NCBI GenBank assembly: GCA_963747025.1
Contig: CAVVDJ010000007.1
Span: forward strand, 30,616-94,615
Length of the DNA stretch: 64,000 bases
DNA from: an uncultured beta proteobacterium
GTDB lineage: Bacteria; Pseudomonadota; Gammaproteobacteria; Burkholderiales; SHXO01
Reading direction: 5' to 3'
The first letter of the stretch is position 1, and each line of letters opens with the position of its first letter. Both the position numbers and the translations under genes were made by a program. Of this stretch, positions 1-12,811 are shown in pieces. The notes under the pieces are model-generated. The model was not told the DNA's origin. It was given only the letters and a program-made list of their open reading frames with translations, and searched no databases.

Positions 1-1091
1 CCCGTCGAGGGCGACTACGTCGTTCGCGACTTCGCCTTCGCGAGCGGAGAGGTCTTGCCGGAGCTCAAGCTCCACTACACGACGATCGGGTCGCCGGTGC
101 TCGACGAGACCGGCCTCGTGACCAATGCCGTGCTGATTCTTCACGGCACCGGCGGAAGAGGCGGTGTGTTTCTGACCGAGCAGTTCGCCGGCTCGCTGTT
201 CGGCCCCGGGCAGCCGCTCGACGCGCAGCGCTACTACCTGATCCTGCCCGACAGCATCGGTGCGGGAAAGTCGAGCAAGCCCAGCGACGGGCTGCGCTGC
301 GCTTTCCTCACTACACCTACGACGACATGGTCCGTGCTCAGTACCAGCTGGTGGTCGATCGACTTCGACGTCAACCACCTGCGGCTGATCCTCGGCACCT
401 CGATGGGCTGCATGCATGCCTGGATGTGGGCGGAGAACTATCCGCGATTCATGGATGCGCTGCTGCCCATGGCCTGCCAACCGGCGCCAATCTGCGGGGC
501 GCAACCGCATGCAGCGCCGGATGATCATGGACGCCATTCGCAACGATCCCGAGTGGCGCAACGGAGACTACGAAAAGCAGCCTCGCGGGTTGGTCACTGG
601 CGCTGCAGATCAACTTCATCGGCACCTCGAACGCCGAGAAGCTGCAGCGCCAGGCGCCCACCGCCGCCGCCGCCGACAAGTTGATGGACGACTGGGTGCG
701 GGAGCGACTGACGACCACCGACGCCAACGACTATCTGTATCAGTGGGACGCTTCCAGGACGTACGACCCCGGGCCAGGATTGGAAAAGATCCGCGCCGAA
801 GTCGTGGCCATCAACTCCGCCGACGACCTGGTCAACCCGCCGGAGCTGGGCGTCATGGAGCGGGAGATCGCGCGCGTGCGCAACGCCCGCTACATCCTCA
901 TCCCCGCCGGCGAGAAAACCGTCGGCCATCGCACGTTCTATGTCACCGACCTGTGGAAAGCCGTCCTCCCCGAGCTGCTGGAAGCACCGGCGAACATTGA
1001 ACGCTGCCAGAGCGAGTCGGTTTCACCCTTCCCCGCGCGCAGGGGAGGATCGTGGGATGGGGGCCCAACGGCGCTTGACACCCCCTACTGA
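1..1091 (+). CDS. alpha/beta hydrolase, homoserine O-acetyltransferase-like (5' truncated by window, frameshifted)
   Basis: Reads PVEGDYVVRDFAFASGEVLPELKLHYTTIG from base 1; LILHGTGG, nucleophile elbow GTSMG, AINSADDLVNPPE, GH motif; split over ORFs 55-684, 327-524, 416-1000 and 681-1091; true stop uncertain (about 1000-1091). Confidence 0.8.
1026..1063. repeat. REP-like GC-rich palindromic element
   Basis: cccttccccgcgcgcaggggagga...gggatggggg forms an imperfect hairpin plus G-rich tail; a similar element in opposite orientation lies at about 13810-13853. Confidence 0.4.
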
Positions 1092-1104
1092 CCCCGGCTA
1101 CAGT
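1075..1104 (+). promoter_or_regulatory. sigma70-type promoter for leu leader/leuA
   Basis: TTGACA (1075-1080), 18-nt spacer, TACAGT (1099-1104); predicted +1 falls at about the leader ATG (1111). Confidence 0.65.
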
Positions 1105-1110
1105 CGCGGC

Positions 1111-1197
1111 ATGCTCCGCTTGCCGCAGACCTGTAATACCCTTCTCCTGGCCCTTCTGGGCCTGGGTCTGCTGCTGCGCGCACCGCGCGCACACTAA
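1111..1197 (+). CDS. leucine-rich leader (attenuator) peptide of leuA
   Basis: 28 aa MLRLPQTCNTLLLALLGLGLLLRAPRAH with 11 Leu, directly upstream of 2-isopropylmalate synthase. Confidence 0.8.
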   Translation: MLRLPQTCNTLLLALLGLGLLLRAPRAH

Positions 1198-3051
<1,854 letters not shown>

Positions 3052-3089
3052 TCACGGGGTAGGCAAGACATTTCCGGACCGCGATTGTG

Positions 3090-3578
3090 CTAATTCGGAC
3101 GCGAACGCTCCTCGGGCTGCGCACCAGCTCGACGTCGAGCCGCCAAGAACCCTGCCAGCAATCCAGATACGAGGTGCGTAGGCGAAAACTCGTACCACCA
3201 CGGGAAGCTGCTGTGGAGCATGCCCTGCAGGCCTCCAACTTCCGCGAAATACACGAGCCAACCAAAGAAGCTGACACCTAGCGCAGCCAGGTAAGGACGA
3301 GAACCAGCCAGTACGGTAGCCAAGAACGACGACGCGAAGAAAAAGACGAAGGAAGCAATCTCGTCTGTTAGCAGGAAGGAAGCAGAGAGCCCGGGTCCAC
3401 CCGCAAAATACCGCGTATCGGTCACTAGACCCGCGATCCATGGCGCTATGCTCCATGCCAGCACCAGGGCAATAGCGGCAGAAAACAGGACGCTACCGAT
3501 CAGACGCAGCCACCCGGGGCCGCGTCTGGGGCTTACGTCCCTCACGATGGACCGCGGCGGATCGTATGGGTTGTCCAT
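3090..3578 (-). CDS. hypothetical membrane protein
   Basis: MDNPYDPP N-terminus then about four hydrophobic helices. Confidence 0.65.
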   Translation of the reverse strand: MDNPYDPPRSIVRDVSPRRGPGWLRLIGSVLFSAAIALVLAWSIAPWIAGLVTDTRYFAGGPGLSASFLLTDEIASFVFFFASSFLATVLAGSRPYLAALGVSFFGWLVYFAEVGGLQGMLHSSFPWWYEFSPTHLVSGLLAGFLAARRRAGAQPEERSRPN

Positions 3579-3621
3579 GTCGGCTTGGCTGTTGCGACAG
3601 CCTAGATCGATTACGGATCCG

Positions 3622-4452
3622 CTAGTTGGGAGTGCCAAGGAATGCGATTGTGTCGCCATCGACCAGCCATGCGCCGCGCCGCGTTGCCACGTACATGGGT
3701 TTGCGATGCAATCGACTCAGGAAGACGTGTGTTTCAGTGGGGGCGTCACTCAAGAGATGATTGAAGTACGCGCCAGCCGCCGTGTCCTGCGCTGGTAGGG
3801 CCAGGCAACCTTTTGAGAACGGTGTGACACTCAGAACCTTATCGCCCTTTGGTGACACATGAATACGATAGTACCCGCCCACAAGAATACGGCCCGGTTC
3901 CGCCGTTGCCGGGATCAAATACACAACCCAACCGGGGAGCTTCAGGGCATCACCCGGAAGCACGACGGTGTTGTACGCGCGGGAGCAGCGGGCCACCTCT
4001 GCGGATAGCGCCGTCTTGCGGGCCCGCCACATGGACCGCTGCTCTGATGTCGGAAGCTCTGCGGAGGCCGCAGGTTCGACAACGGGTGCGTCGGACGAGC
4101 CGTGCAGATGAACGCGATAAACGGGAAACGGCTCGTCGCCCTGCTCCCCGAAAAAGGTCACAGTCGAAGCCCCGCTGTCGCGGTCGACAAGCCAGCCACG
4201 GATAGGCGGGTCGCGACGGCCCGACGCGAACTCCTGCGCCGCGTCTGAGGCATCCGCCGTGTCGTTGTCGTAAAGGTAAAGAAGCTCTCCCACCTGACGC
4301 GCGGACTCGACGGCTTGGACAAGATCCCGCGGTATCGGCTTCGGCCGTATGGGGCCGGCCGCAGGCGCGCCTGACACGAGGACAACCTCCGCAAACAACG
4401 CGACCATCAGCCACAGGGCTATCCGCCGCGATACTGGTGCAATCCGCTGCAT
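3622..4452 (-). CDS. hypothetical exported protein
   Basis: 276 aa, signal-peptide-like N-terminus, RBS gagga upstream, two Cys, PTETHVFLS motif. Confidence 0.7.
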   Translation of the reverse strand: MQRIAPVSRRIALWLMVALFAEVVLVSGAPAAGPIRPKPIPRDLVQAVESARQVGELLYLYDNDTADASDAAQEFASGRRDPPIRGWLVDRDSGASTVTFFGEQGDEPFPVYRVHLHGSSDAPVVEPAASAELPTSEQRSMWRARKTALSAEVARCSRAYNTVVLPGDALKLPGWVVYLIPATAEPGRILVGGYYRIHVSPKGDKVLSVTPFSKGCLALPAQDTAAGAYFNHLLSDAPTETHVFLSRLHRKPMYVATRRGAWLVDGDTIAFLGTPN

Positions 4453-4646
4453 AGGCTATCCTCGTTTGCCCATCTGATCCCCCCGGTCCCCGATACCAGC
4501 ATACCGTGAGCTCGCTCACCGGTCTCACTTTTCAGGTATGGGTGTTCCCTCCTTTTCTTTGGTATTCACGTCCTCGAGCCAGACGGAAGACTTGTCCGGG
4601 CGTTGTTCACCCTTGACGATAGATACACCATTAGGCTCAGGCTGAC

Positions 4647-5198
4647 CTACTTCACCGGTTCCCAGTAGTTGACGAACCCTCCTAGAGTCGCCGTCATCTT
4701 GCTGGCTTCCGATACCTCCCCTTCCCATACGATAAATACGGGATCGATCGGATGCTGGTAGGACACGCGGCCGCCCTGCCTGGTAATCGGCATGCGTTTG
4801 GTTTCACCGCCCACGGCGTAGACCGGCGGCTTGCCGCTCCCATCGTCGAAGATCACTAGCAACGGTGTCGCAGCGACCTCGTTTTCGGACCACTCCCATT
4901 TGGTGATCGCCGATAAGGATGCGGACTTCCCCTCCGGGGTCGGCCAGAACACGATCAGCTGATTCACCCCGTTCTTGGTGCTGAAGCGCCCCTGAACCGT
5001 CGGTGGCGTTTGCACTGTGCCGTCTGGCAGCTTGCGCATCACCAACCGCCAGGTGCCATCAAGGTCGCCCGCATAGGCAAATACACCGAGCATCACGGAC
5101 AAGGTGAAGCCAGCGGCTAGGCGCTCCGACATCGCCCGAAAGAGATGCATGCGGTCCTCCGTCATGAAGGTGTGAGTTTGCAGCCAAGACCAAAGCAA
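4647..5198 (-). CDS. hypothetical exported protein (start may be downstream)
   Basis: Hydrophobic N-terminal segment ending AYA, then beta-rich body starting DLDGTWRLV (lipocalin-like GxW). Confidence 0.6.
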   Translation of the reverse strand: MLWSWLQTHTFMTEDRMHLFRAMSERLAAGFTLSVMLGVFAYAGDLDGTWRLVMRKLPDGTVQTPPTVQGRFSTKNGVNQLIVFWPTPEGKSASLSAITKWEWSENEVAATPLLVIFDDGSGKPPVYAVGGETKRMPITRQGGRVSYQHPIDPVFIVWEGEVSEASKMTATLGGFVNYWEPVK

Positions 5199-5657
5199 CT
5201 AGTGCATCACCGGTATCCGTGAGACGTGCTGATCCACGATCTGCCACCGCCCGCCGATCTTGCTCCACACCACGCTGGCGCGCAGGCTCAGCTGCGTGAC
5301 TTGCCCTTTTGGATCGGTGAGATGCAGGACGAAGTATCCGTTTTGTACGACCAAGTCGTCGCCGTACGCGCGCGCGGCGGGCTGCCGAGCGAAGAGATGG
5401 CGGCCAGGATACTGCTGGAACAGCTCGGCGAAGTAGGCCCGGATCGCCTCTTTGCCCTCGATTCGAAACGCCGACAGCGAGGACGTGAGCACGGCGCTGT
5501 CGGCAAACGCCGCCGCATAGGCCTCCGCGGTTCCTTCCTCGAACACCTTGCCTCGCGGCGCTGCGATCTGAGCAACGTCCTCGATCGGGCCCGCCCAGGA
5601 TTCGGCGGTGAACCCGAGAAAGGTCAGAGCCAAAAGTATGCGGATGGAGTCTTTCAT
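5199..5657 (-). CDS. NTF2-like (DUF4440/SgcJ-EcaC type) exported protein
   Basis: RBS ggagg, signal peptide MKDSIRILLAL..SWA, GKEAIRAYF, W..GGRWQIVDQHVS. Confidence 0.8.
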   Translation of the reverse strand: MKDSIRILLALTFLGFTAESWAGPIEDVAQIAAPRGKVFEEGTAEAYAAAFADSAVLTSSLSAFRIEGKEAIRAYFAELFQQYPGRHLFARQPAARAYGDDLVVQNGYFVLHLTDPKGQVTQLSLRASVVWSKIGGRWQIVDQHVSRIPVMH

Positions 5658-5956
5658 GGTGCCTCCCGAATTCAATACTTCGTGCCAGTGGGTAAGACTT
5701 CCGAGCCACGATCCGGCAGATGTTGTGACCCGGCTTGCAGAGGGGTACAGGACGTACCGTAAGGGTGGGCGCTGCGGCCCGATGGTGAAACGCGAATGCC
5801 AGCTTAGACGCTGGTTTCTTAGCAGTTCTTCGGTCCGCAACGGCGCAGCCAGTGCATCTTACGGTGCGCGGACTTACAGATCAATTACACGAGGGGCAAA
5901 CGTCGTGCCGAAACCGGAGAAAACCCCGTTCGGTGGTGCCCCAATTCCTGCGGTCT

Positions 5957-6730
5957 CTAGTTTATGGCTCCGCAAGCGATCAAGCCACGCTCGACGGCAG
6001 CCGAGATCGCACTGCGCCTGTCGGGCCGTTGAATGGCTTGCTCTTCCTCTCGGTTCACGATCACGCCGGCTTCCAACAAGACAGCGGGCATTGTGGCAGT
6101 TTTCAGTACGACCAGATCGTCGTAGTAGTAGACGCCGTTGTCTTGATCGGCCCACTCTCTGTTCTCGCCCTGGATGCGCTCAGCATGATGGGGCGTGGGA
6201 TGCATTCCCTGCTCTTTGAGGGCAGCTCCGATGGTACTGGCACACTGGAGGCTGGCTTCAGCATGTGGATTCTTTCGAGATACGAACAGCGAGAACCCGG
6301 AGAACTGATCCCCGTAGTCTCTTGCCACGCCTTGCCACTCCCATCGCTGGAGATATTGCGGCTGAGCCGCATCGTGGTGGATCGAGAGGAAGAACGTCGC
6401 GCCGGCGTCGGCTGCTGTGGTCGTTCGCATCCGGAGATCGACCATCGTTCCGTCGTCGCCGATCGATACTACGCGCGTGCCACGCAAAGCCAGGGTGTCC
6501 CGAATCACCTTCGCCAGAGCGGCATTGAACTCGAACTCCGGCACACCCCGCGCGCTGATCGCTCCAGGATGTTTGTGGGAATGCCCAACGTCGATAGCCA
6601 CCACGGGCAGTGGCTGGGCAAGCGACTGGGCTGATGCGGCGAACGGTATAGCGAAAAGCAACCAGGAAACTCGAAAGGCGGCGCTGGCAGCAAGCCCTCG
6701 AAAACTGAACCTCCCGCGGCAGCTTACCAA
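5957..6730 (-). CDS. N-acetylmuramoyl-L-alanine amidase (Amidase_3); start approximate
   Basis: VAIDVGH, EFEFN, FLSIHHD, PAVLLEAG Zn-ligand motifs. Confidence 0.88.
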   Translation of the reverse strand: MVSCRGRFSFRGLAASAAFRVSWLLFAIPFAASAQSLAQPLPVVAIDVGHSHKHPGAISARGVPEFEFNAALAKVIRDTLALRGTRVVSIGDDGTMVDLRMRTTTAADAGATFFLSIHHDAAQPQYLQRWEWQGVARDYGDQFSGFSLFVSRKNPHAEASLQCASTIGAALKEQGMHPTPHHAERIQGENREWADQDNGVYYYDDLVVLKTATMPAVLLEAGVIVNREEEQAIQRPDRRSAISAAVERGLIACGAIN

Positions 6731-8485
6731 CCGCCGCCCCCTCCGCCACCGCCTCCGCCGCCCGAGGAGCCGCCACCCGAGGAGCCGCCGCCTCCACTGC
6801 TGCCGGAGGAGTCGCCGGGCGGAGTGGACGCCGAGGCGATCGCGGAGTCGAACGAGCCAGCCAAGGACGACGAGAACCCGCTCACGTTGTCCAGATCCCA
6901 GCGGTCGCCGCTGTACCACACAGGCGTATAGCCGGCCGCCGCCTGCGTGCGGAACACCTCCGCAAACTTTTCCGACCAATGCTGCGATACGCCCAGCGCC
7001 AGCGCAAAGGGCAGGTAGGCTTCGAAGAGGCCCGGTGTCTTGCGCGGTGCGCCGACCAGCTTCAACTCGTCACCCTCGGCCACGTCGAGATACAGCCGAA
7101 AGCCTTCGATTTCGTCCATGCGCTTGCGGCCCTCGCGCGTCGGGGCCTTGAGCAGTTTGCCAAACGGGCCGGTGACCACCAGGCCGGTGAGCGCGACGGC
7201 AACGGTCGCCCAGCCGCCCGGCGTCACGAGGAACCACTCGATCCCATAGCCGCCATGGACCGCAGGCATGACGATGCCCAGCGGAATTACCAACAGGCCC
7301 AAGACGCTGCCCAGGAATCCCCAGCCGCCGTTGATGCGAAAAAAGGTCTTGAGGTACCTCTGCCGCAGTTCCCGCTCGTGCGCCTTTTGCGCGCGCCGCA
7401 GGAGAGCGTGATTCTGATCGTCGAGCAGGAGCGAGTCGCCATTCGCGAATACCGTGCGCAGCAGCGCGTCCTCGTCTGGCATCAGCGGCGTGGTGGAGCC
7501 TTGCGTGCGACACAAGGTATATTTGCCTTTGCGCAGCAACCCGCTGCCTTCCTGCTCGATGGAGAGATAACCCTTCACCGCGAGGCTGAGGACCGCGGCA
7601 ACGAAGCAACGGTTGTCGTACTCCATCCGCTCAAGGTATCGCATCGAGGCCGGCGATTCGCCCTCGGGCGGCCGATATTGCGGCACCACCACGACCGCGC
7701 GGTGGATCCCGGCCAACGCGTTTCCAGACCACGCAGTAGTAGCCGAGCAGGCAAAGGAAGCCGACCAGGCCGTAGGTCAGCGGCTTGTTGTCGCGCAGGA
7801 AATACTGCGCGTAGGCGAGATCGCCCGGCGCAGCTACAACGCCCTTCGGCCAGGTCACGACGATAGTCAGCCCCTGTTGCGGTGGAAGCGCCTTCGTCGT
7901 CTCGAACACGACCATGCTGTCTTCCATACGTGCAGCATAGTTCCTCCCCCTCGCGCCCATCGGACCGGTGTATCCCTCCATGTGGACTGCGTCTGCGGTA
8001 ATCCCTGCCGGCAGCCTGACGCGCGCAGTCGCTACATCGATCGGGAAGACCCAACCTACTCCCGTGACGTTCCAATACAGCTCGTCGTGGTCGGGGAAAA
8101 ACCCCAGTTGCCGATCGGTGCGGTAGCGGATCTCGTAGCGGTATTCGCCCGGCGAGAGGAAACGGTCCTTGTCACCGATATAGATGGCTACGCCGTTACT
8201 GCGTCGCTCCGCGCGATACGGCTCGCTGACCCCATCGCGCTTGATGGACAAGACGTCGAAGCCGACGGTGACGCGGCTCGCGTCGACCCTGGAATATGTG
8301 GTGGGAAACTCCCGGAAGATCCCGCGGCGGATCTGCTGACCCTCGGCTCGCACCAAAATGGTCTCGGTGACCTCGAGGCTGCTGTCGGTCCGCACCGTGA
8401 TCTGGCTGTCGTAGGAGAGGATGCGCTCGTCGGCGCCCGCGATACTGGCGTGCAGCAGCGCGACCGTGAGTATGAAGATTCGCAT
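6724..8485 (-). CDS. DUF2207 domain membrane protein (frameshift at about 7705)
   Basis: ERILSYDS..GIFREFP, DELYWNVTG, EAYLPFALALGV, Gly-rich GGGGGGGW C-terminus; start overlaps lemA stop (TGATG). Confidence 0.88.
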
Positions 8486-9030
8486 CAGGCCACCTCCGCG
8501 GGTTTTGCTTCGTCGGCGCCGTCCAGCTCGAAGTATTCGGCCGCGTGGAAACCGAACAGGCGCCCGATGAGGAGATCGGGAAATGTATCTACACGGGTGT
8601 TCAAGTTGTTGACGGCGCCGTTGTAGTAGCGCCGCGCGTACTGGATCTGATCTTCGGTATCGGAGAGGCTGTGCTGCAGGTCGAGGAAGCTTTGGCTGGC
8701 CTTGAGCTCCGGGTAGGACTCGGCAACGACGAGCAGCCTCTGCAGATCGCGCCCGATGCTGCTCTCGGGTCCGCGTTTCTCGGCCGGCGTGCCCGCGCCC
8801 AGCGCCTGCGAGCGCGCCTGGACCACCCGCTCCAAGACGCCGCGCTCGAAGCCGGCGTGTTGCTTCACCGTTTCGACCAGCTTGGGGATGAGATCGTGGC
8901 GGCGTTTGAGTTGCACCGCCACATCGCTCCAGGCCGCGGCGACACGAGCCCGGTCGCGCACGAAGAAGTTGTAGGCGACGATGGCCCAGGCGCTCAGCCC
9001 AACAGCGATCAGGGCGAGAAGGATGATCAT
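8485..9030 (-). CDS. lemA: LemA family protein
   Basis: N-terminal TM helix, QLKRRHDLIP, ESYPELKAS, ARRYYNGAV..FP. Confidence 0.93.
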   Translation of the reverse strand: MIILLALIAVGLSAWAIVAYNFFVRDRARVAAAWSDVAVQLKRRHDLIPKLVETVKQHAGFERGVLERVVQARSQALGAGTPAEKRGPESSIGRDLQRLLVVAESYPELKASQSFLDLQHSLSDTEDQIQYARRYYNGAVNNLNTRVDTFPDLLIGRLFGFHAAEYFELDGADEAKPAEVA

Positions 9031-9140
9031 GACGGCGGCGTGGCGTTTCCCCCGGCGCCAGGCATGCAGGATTTGCGCCAGAGACGGCCCACGCGGACAA
9101 GCGCAGCTGCACCTACCGCCTGCGGGAACCGAAGCGCGTG

Positions 9141-9572
9141 CTAGACCCCGCGCACCGTTTTCTTGCGAAGTGGAGCCGAGCGTCGCGCTTGCGCTTTCCG
9201 CGGTGAGCCCGAGGCGGATTCCTTGAGGATGCGCGTGCCTGGGATGTGCGCTTTACCCCATCGGACCAGTGCCAGCAGGATGTCCCCCAGGGCGGTTCCC
9301 TTCTCGCTGAGCGTGTAGGCGTACCGAACCGGACGCTCCTGGTAAGCGGAGCTCACGATGACGCCGGCCTCCTCCAGGCGCTTGAGGCGATCGGCGAGTA
9401 TGTTGGTCGGGATTCCCTCCGGTGAATCGAGCAGCTCCCCATACGTCTTCTTGCCATGGAGCATGTCCCGAATCACGAGCAATGACCACTTGTCGCCGAC
9501 CAGGTCGAGCGTGTTGGCAATAGCGCACGGGGACCGCCGAAACCCGCCCGGTTTCTTCACGTTGGTTTTCAT
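9141..9572 (-). CDS. HxlR-family winged-helix transcriptional regulator
   Basis: RSPCAIANTLDLVGDKWSLLVIRD, PVRYAYTLSEKG; N-terminal Cys typical of thiol-sensing HxlR/DUF24 proteins. Confidence 0.9.
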   Translation of the reverse strand: MKTNVKKPGGFRRSPCAIANTLDLVGDKWSLLVIRDMLHGKKTYGELLDSPEGIPTNILADRLKRLEEAGVIVSSAYQERPVRYAYTLSEKGTALGDILLALVRWGKAHIPGTRILKESASGSPRKAQARRSAPLRKKTVRGV

Positions 9573-9599
9573 CTGCCCCTGACGCCAGTTTGCGTGGTC

Positions 9600-9656
9600 A
9601 CTTGCATAATGCAAGTCATTATGCTACGGTACCTCGTCAACTTGCAAAGTGCAAGT
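9600..9656. promoter_or_regulatory. twin palindromic operators ACTTGCA-N3-TGCAAGT
   Basis: Two perfect 7-3-7 inverted repeats at 9600-9616 and 9640-9656 between the divergent HxlR and membrane-protein genes. Confidence 0.8.
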
Positions 9657-9679
9657 GACTACCGTGAAAAGGAGGTACC

Positions 9680-10332
9680 ATGTCAAACGCCACACTGTCT
9701 CAATCTAGCCAGCCAAAGTGGCTGGCCGCTTCGGGCACTACATCAGTCGTCGCCGTCGTACTTGCTGCCTGGTTCGTGCTGATTGTCCTGCTTGGCGCGA
9801 GCGGGGAGTTCGTCACCCCACCCGGGGTATTGCCGTTGCCGATCGCGATCGGGGTTACTGCCCCAGTCCTTGTGTTCCTGGGCGCGTATTGGATGTCGCG
9901 TCAGTTCCGGGAATTTGTCTTGACCGCTGATCTTCGCTTCGTCGCGGGGATACAGGCGTGGCGCGCCGCCGGATTCGGGTTTCTGGCTCTATACGCGTAC
10001 GGTGTCTTGCCCGGCGTCTTCGCGTTGCCGGCAGGGCTTGGCGATATCGCGATCGGGGTCACCGCGCCCTGGATCGTACTCGCCCTGATCCGCCGGCCCG
10101 GCTTTGCGGCGAGCAAGACCTTCGTGGGGTGGAATCTGTTCGGGCTGTTGGATCTCGTTGACGCGATTAGCACTGGGGCACTCGGCCTCGGGACTGGTTA
10201 CCGACATCGCGGGAGATCACGACGGCTCCGATGGCGCAACTGCCGCTCGTGCTCATACCGGCCTACTTCGTGCCTATCTTCATCATGTTGCACCTGACCG
10301 CGCTGTTTCAGGCGCGACGCCTCGCTTCCTAG
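9680..10332 (+). CDS. hypothetical multi-pass membrane protein (frameshift at about 10190-10220)
   Basis: RBS aaggagg; QAWR..G, PAGLGDIAIG, WNLFGLLDL; C-terminus LPLVLIPAYFVP..H lies in another frame ending 10332. Confidence 0.75.
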
Positions 10333-10528
10333 CGGAGGAGACTCCGGCGAGTTCAAGGTTCCCCGTTCGTGCTGAATGGAGCCGCTCCTCCGCAGAGCAG
10401 AGGCATGAACGGGGCAACACTCAGAGTCTGCCCGGCGCAAACGGGGGGCAGCCATGACGCGGACACCTTCTACGTGATCGAATAGCGGATTCCGCCCACG
10501 TGGTTAAGAGGTCTATCGCAAGTCCGCC

Positions 10529-11948
10529 CTACCGCTCCCCCCGCGACGACCGCGGCCGCGTCAGCGACTCCGGCCGCATGATCTCGTCGAGCTGCTCGCG
10601 GGTGAGCAGACCTTTTCTCAGTACCAGGCCGTAGATGCTTGCGCCCGTGGCCTGCGCTTCCTGCGCGATCATCGAAGCGTTCTCGTACCCGATGTACGGG
10701 TTGAGCGCCGTGACCAGTCCGATCGACTCCTCCACCATGCGCTTGAGCCGATCGCGGTTGGCAGTGATGCCGCGCACGCAACGGTCGGCTAGCGTCAGAC
10801 AAGCTTGGCGCAGGTGAGTCATGCTCTTGAACAGGCTGTGCGCGATGATCGGCTCGAACGCGTTGAGCTGGAGCTGACCGCCTTCGGCCGCGAAGGCGAC
10901 CGTGATGTCGTTACCGATGACTTCGAAGGCGACTTGGTTGACCACCTCGGGTATGACCGGGTTGACTTTGCCGGGCATGATGCTGGAGCCGGCCTGCACC
11001 GGCGGCAGGTTGATCTCGACGAATCCTGCACGCGGTCCGCTCGACAGCAGGCGCAGATCGTTGCACGTCTTCGACAACTTGACCGCCACGCGCTTGAGCA
11101 CGCCCGACAGCTGGACAAACGCGCCTGCATCCTGAGTAGCCTCCACTAGGTTGGGCGACACCACGACCGGTATCTCGGAAATGTCGGCCAGATAGCGAAC
11201 GGCCATCGCTGCGTACTCGGGCTCGGTGTTGATGCCGGTACCGATAGCGGTGGCACCCAGGTTGACCTCCTGGATCAGCACGGCCGCTTCGCGCAGGCGG
11301 TGTTCGTCTTCGTCGAGCATCACGGCGTAGGTGCTGAACTCCTGCCCCAATGTCATCGGCACTGCTTCCTGCAGCTGCGTGCGCCCCATCTTGATGACGT
11401 CTACGAACTCTTCGGACTTGCGCTCGAACTCCTTGCGCAGTGTAGCCATGGCCGTCACCAGGCGATCCAGGTAGAAGCGCAGCGCGACATGGATGGCGGT
11501 GGGATAGACGTCGTTGGTGCTCTGGCTGAGATTGACGTGGTCCATCGGGTGCAGGTGCTCGTACTCGCCTCTTTTGTGGCCGAGCAGCTCGAGCCCGCGG
11601 TTCGCGATGACTTCGTTGGCGTTCATGTTGGTGGAGGTGCCCGCGCCACCTTGGATCACGTCCACGACGAACTGATCGTGCAGCTCTCCGTTCCGGATTT
11701 CCCGGCAGGCTTGAATGATGGCACCGGCCCGCTTTTCGTCCAGCAGGCCAAGCTCGAGATTGGCGTGCGCGACCGCCTGCTTCACGCAGGCCAGCGCATC
11801 GATGAACTCGGGGTAGACGCTGATCGGAGTCCCCGGAGATGGGAAAGTTCTCCAGGGCCCGCAAGGTGTGAATGCCGTAGTAGGCATCGCGCGGGACCTG
11901 GCGCTTGCCGAGAAGATCGTGCTCGATTCGATAGGCCTGCTTGGTCAT
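10529..11948 (-). CDS. aspA: aspartate ammonia-lyase (frameshift at about 11835)
   Basis: [54 protein letters not shown] signature. Confidence 0.93.
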
Positions 11949-12027
11949 CGCGGCCCTCCATTAGCAAGCTCGCCCACCCCGCGCGCTGTGGCGAGCGCCA
12001 AGTTCGTGGGGACGGGATCTGCTGCGA

Positions 12028-12807
12028 TCAGGCCGCGGCCTTGTACTCCAGGGCTCCGGTCATGATCGCAACTGCATCCGACATCTTGATGTCTTTCGCT
12101 CTCACCAGAGCCGCGCGCCGGCCGAGGCGCTGAATGTGGATGCGGTCGGACACTTCGAATACGTGCGGCATGTTGTGGCTGATGAGGATCACAGGCAATC
12201 CTCGCTCGCGGACACGGCGGATCAGATCCAGAACCATGTTCGATTCCTTCACCCCAAGAGCGGCCGTCGGTTCGTCCATGATCACGACGTGCCGCGCGAA
12301 TGCGGCGCTGCGGGCAACCGCCACGCCTTGCCGTTGCCCGCCCGACAGGGTCTCGACGGCCTGCTTCATCGAGCGGATGCCGATCTGCAAATCCTTCATG
12401 TGCGCGCTCGCATCGGCCTGCATCTTCTTCTTGTCCAGCAGCCGAAGGAGCGATCCCAACCATCCGCCCCGAGTGACCTCGCGCCCGAGAAAGAGGTTCT
12501 CCGCGATGGTCATCGCGGGGGCCACGGCCAGGTCTTGGTAGACTGTTTCGATGCCATGCCTTCTGGCGTCGATCGGGTTGTTGAAGTGGACGAGCTGTCC
12601 GTCCACGAATATCTGGCCCGAGTCCGGGATGAGCGCGCCCGACAGCGCCTTGATGAGGGTCGACTTGCCCGCACCGTTGTCGCCGATGACAGCGAGGATC
12701 TCGCCAGGCAGCACCTCGAAGTCCGCCTCGTCCAGTGCCGTGACGTGGCCGTAGCGTTTGACCAGCTTGCGCGCTTCGATGACGGGGGTGGGAGAGGTAG
12801 CGGACAT
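12028..12807 (-). CDS. frcA: sugar ABC transporter ATP-binding protein (FrcA-like)
   Basis: GDNGAGKS, LSGGQRQ, IMDEPTAALG; single NBD. Confidence 0.85.
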   Translation of the reverse strand: MSATSPTPVIEARKLVKRYGHVTALDEADFEVLPGEILAVIGDNGAGKSTLIKALSGALIPDSGQIFVDGQLVHFNNPIDARRHGIETVYQDLAVAPAMTIAENLFLGREVTRGGWLGSLLRLLDKKKMQADASAHMKDLQIGIRSMKQAVETLSGGQRQGVAVARSAAFARHVVIMDEPTAALGVKESNMVLDLIRRVRERGLPVILISHNMPHVFEVSDRIHIQRLGRRAALVRAKDIKMSDAVAIMTGALEYKAAA

Positions 12808-12811
12808 GGTT

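Noticed and set aside
5885-5945. Possible c-di-GMP-I riboswitch (gggcaaac..gaaa)
   Set aside because: The second stem and GCAAA motif are missing, and no gene follows on that strand.
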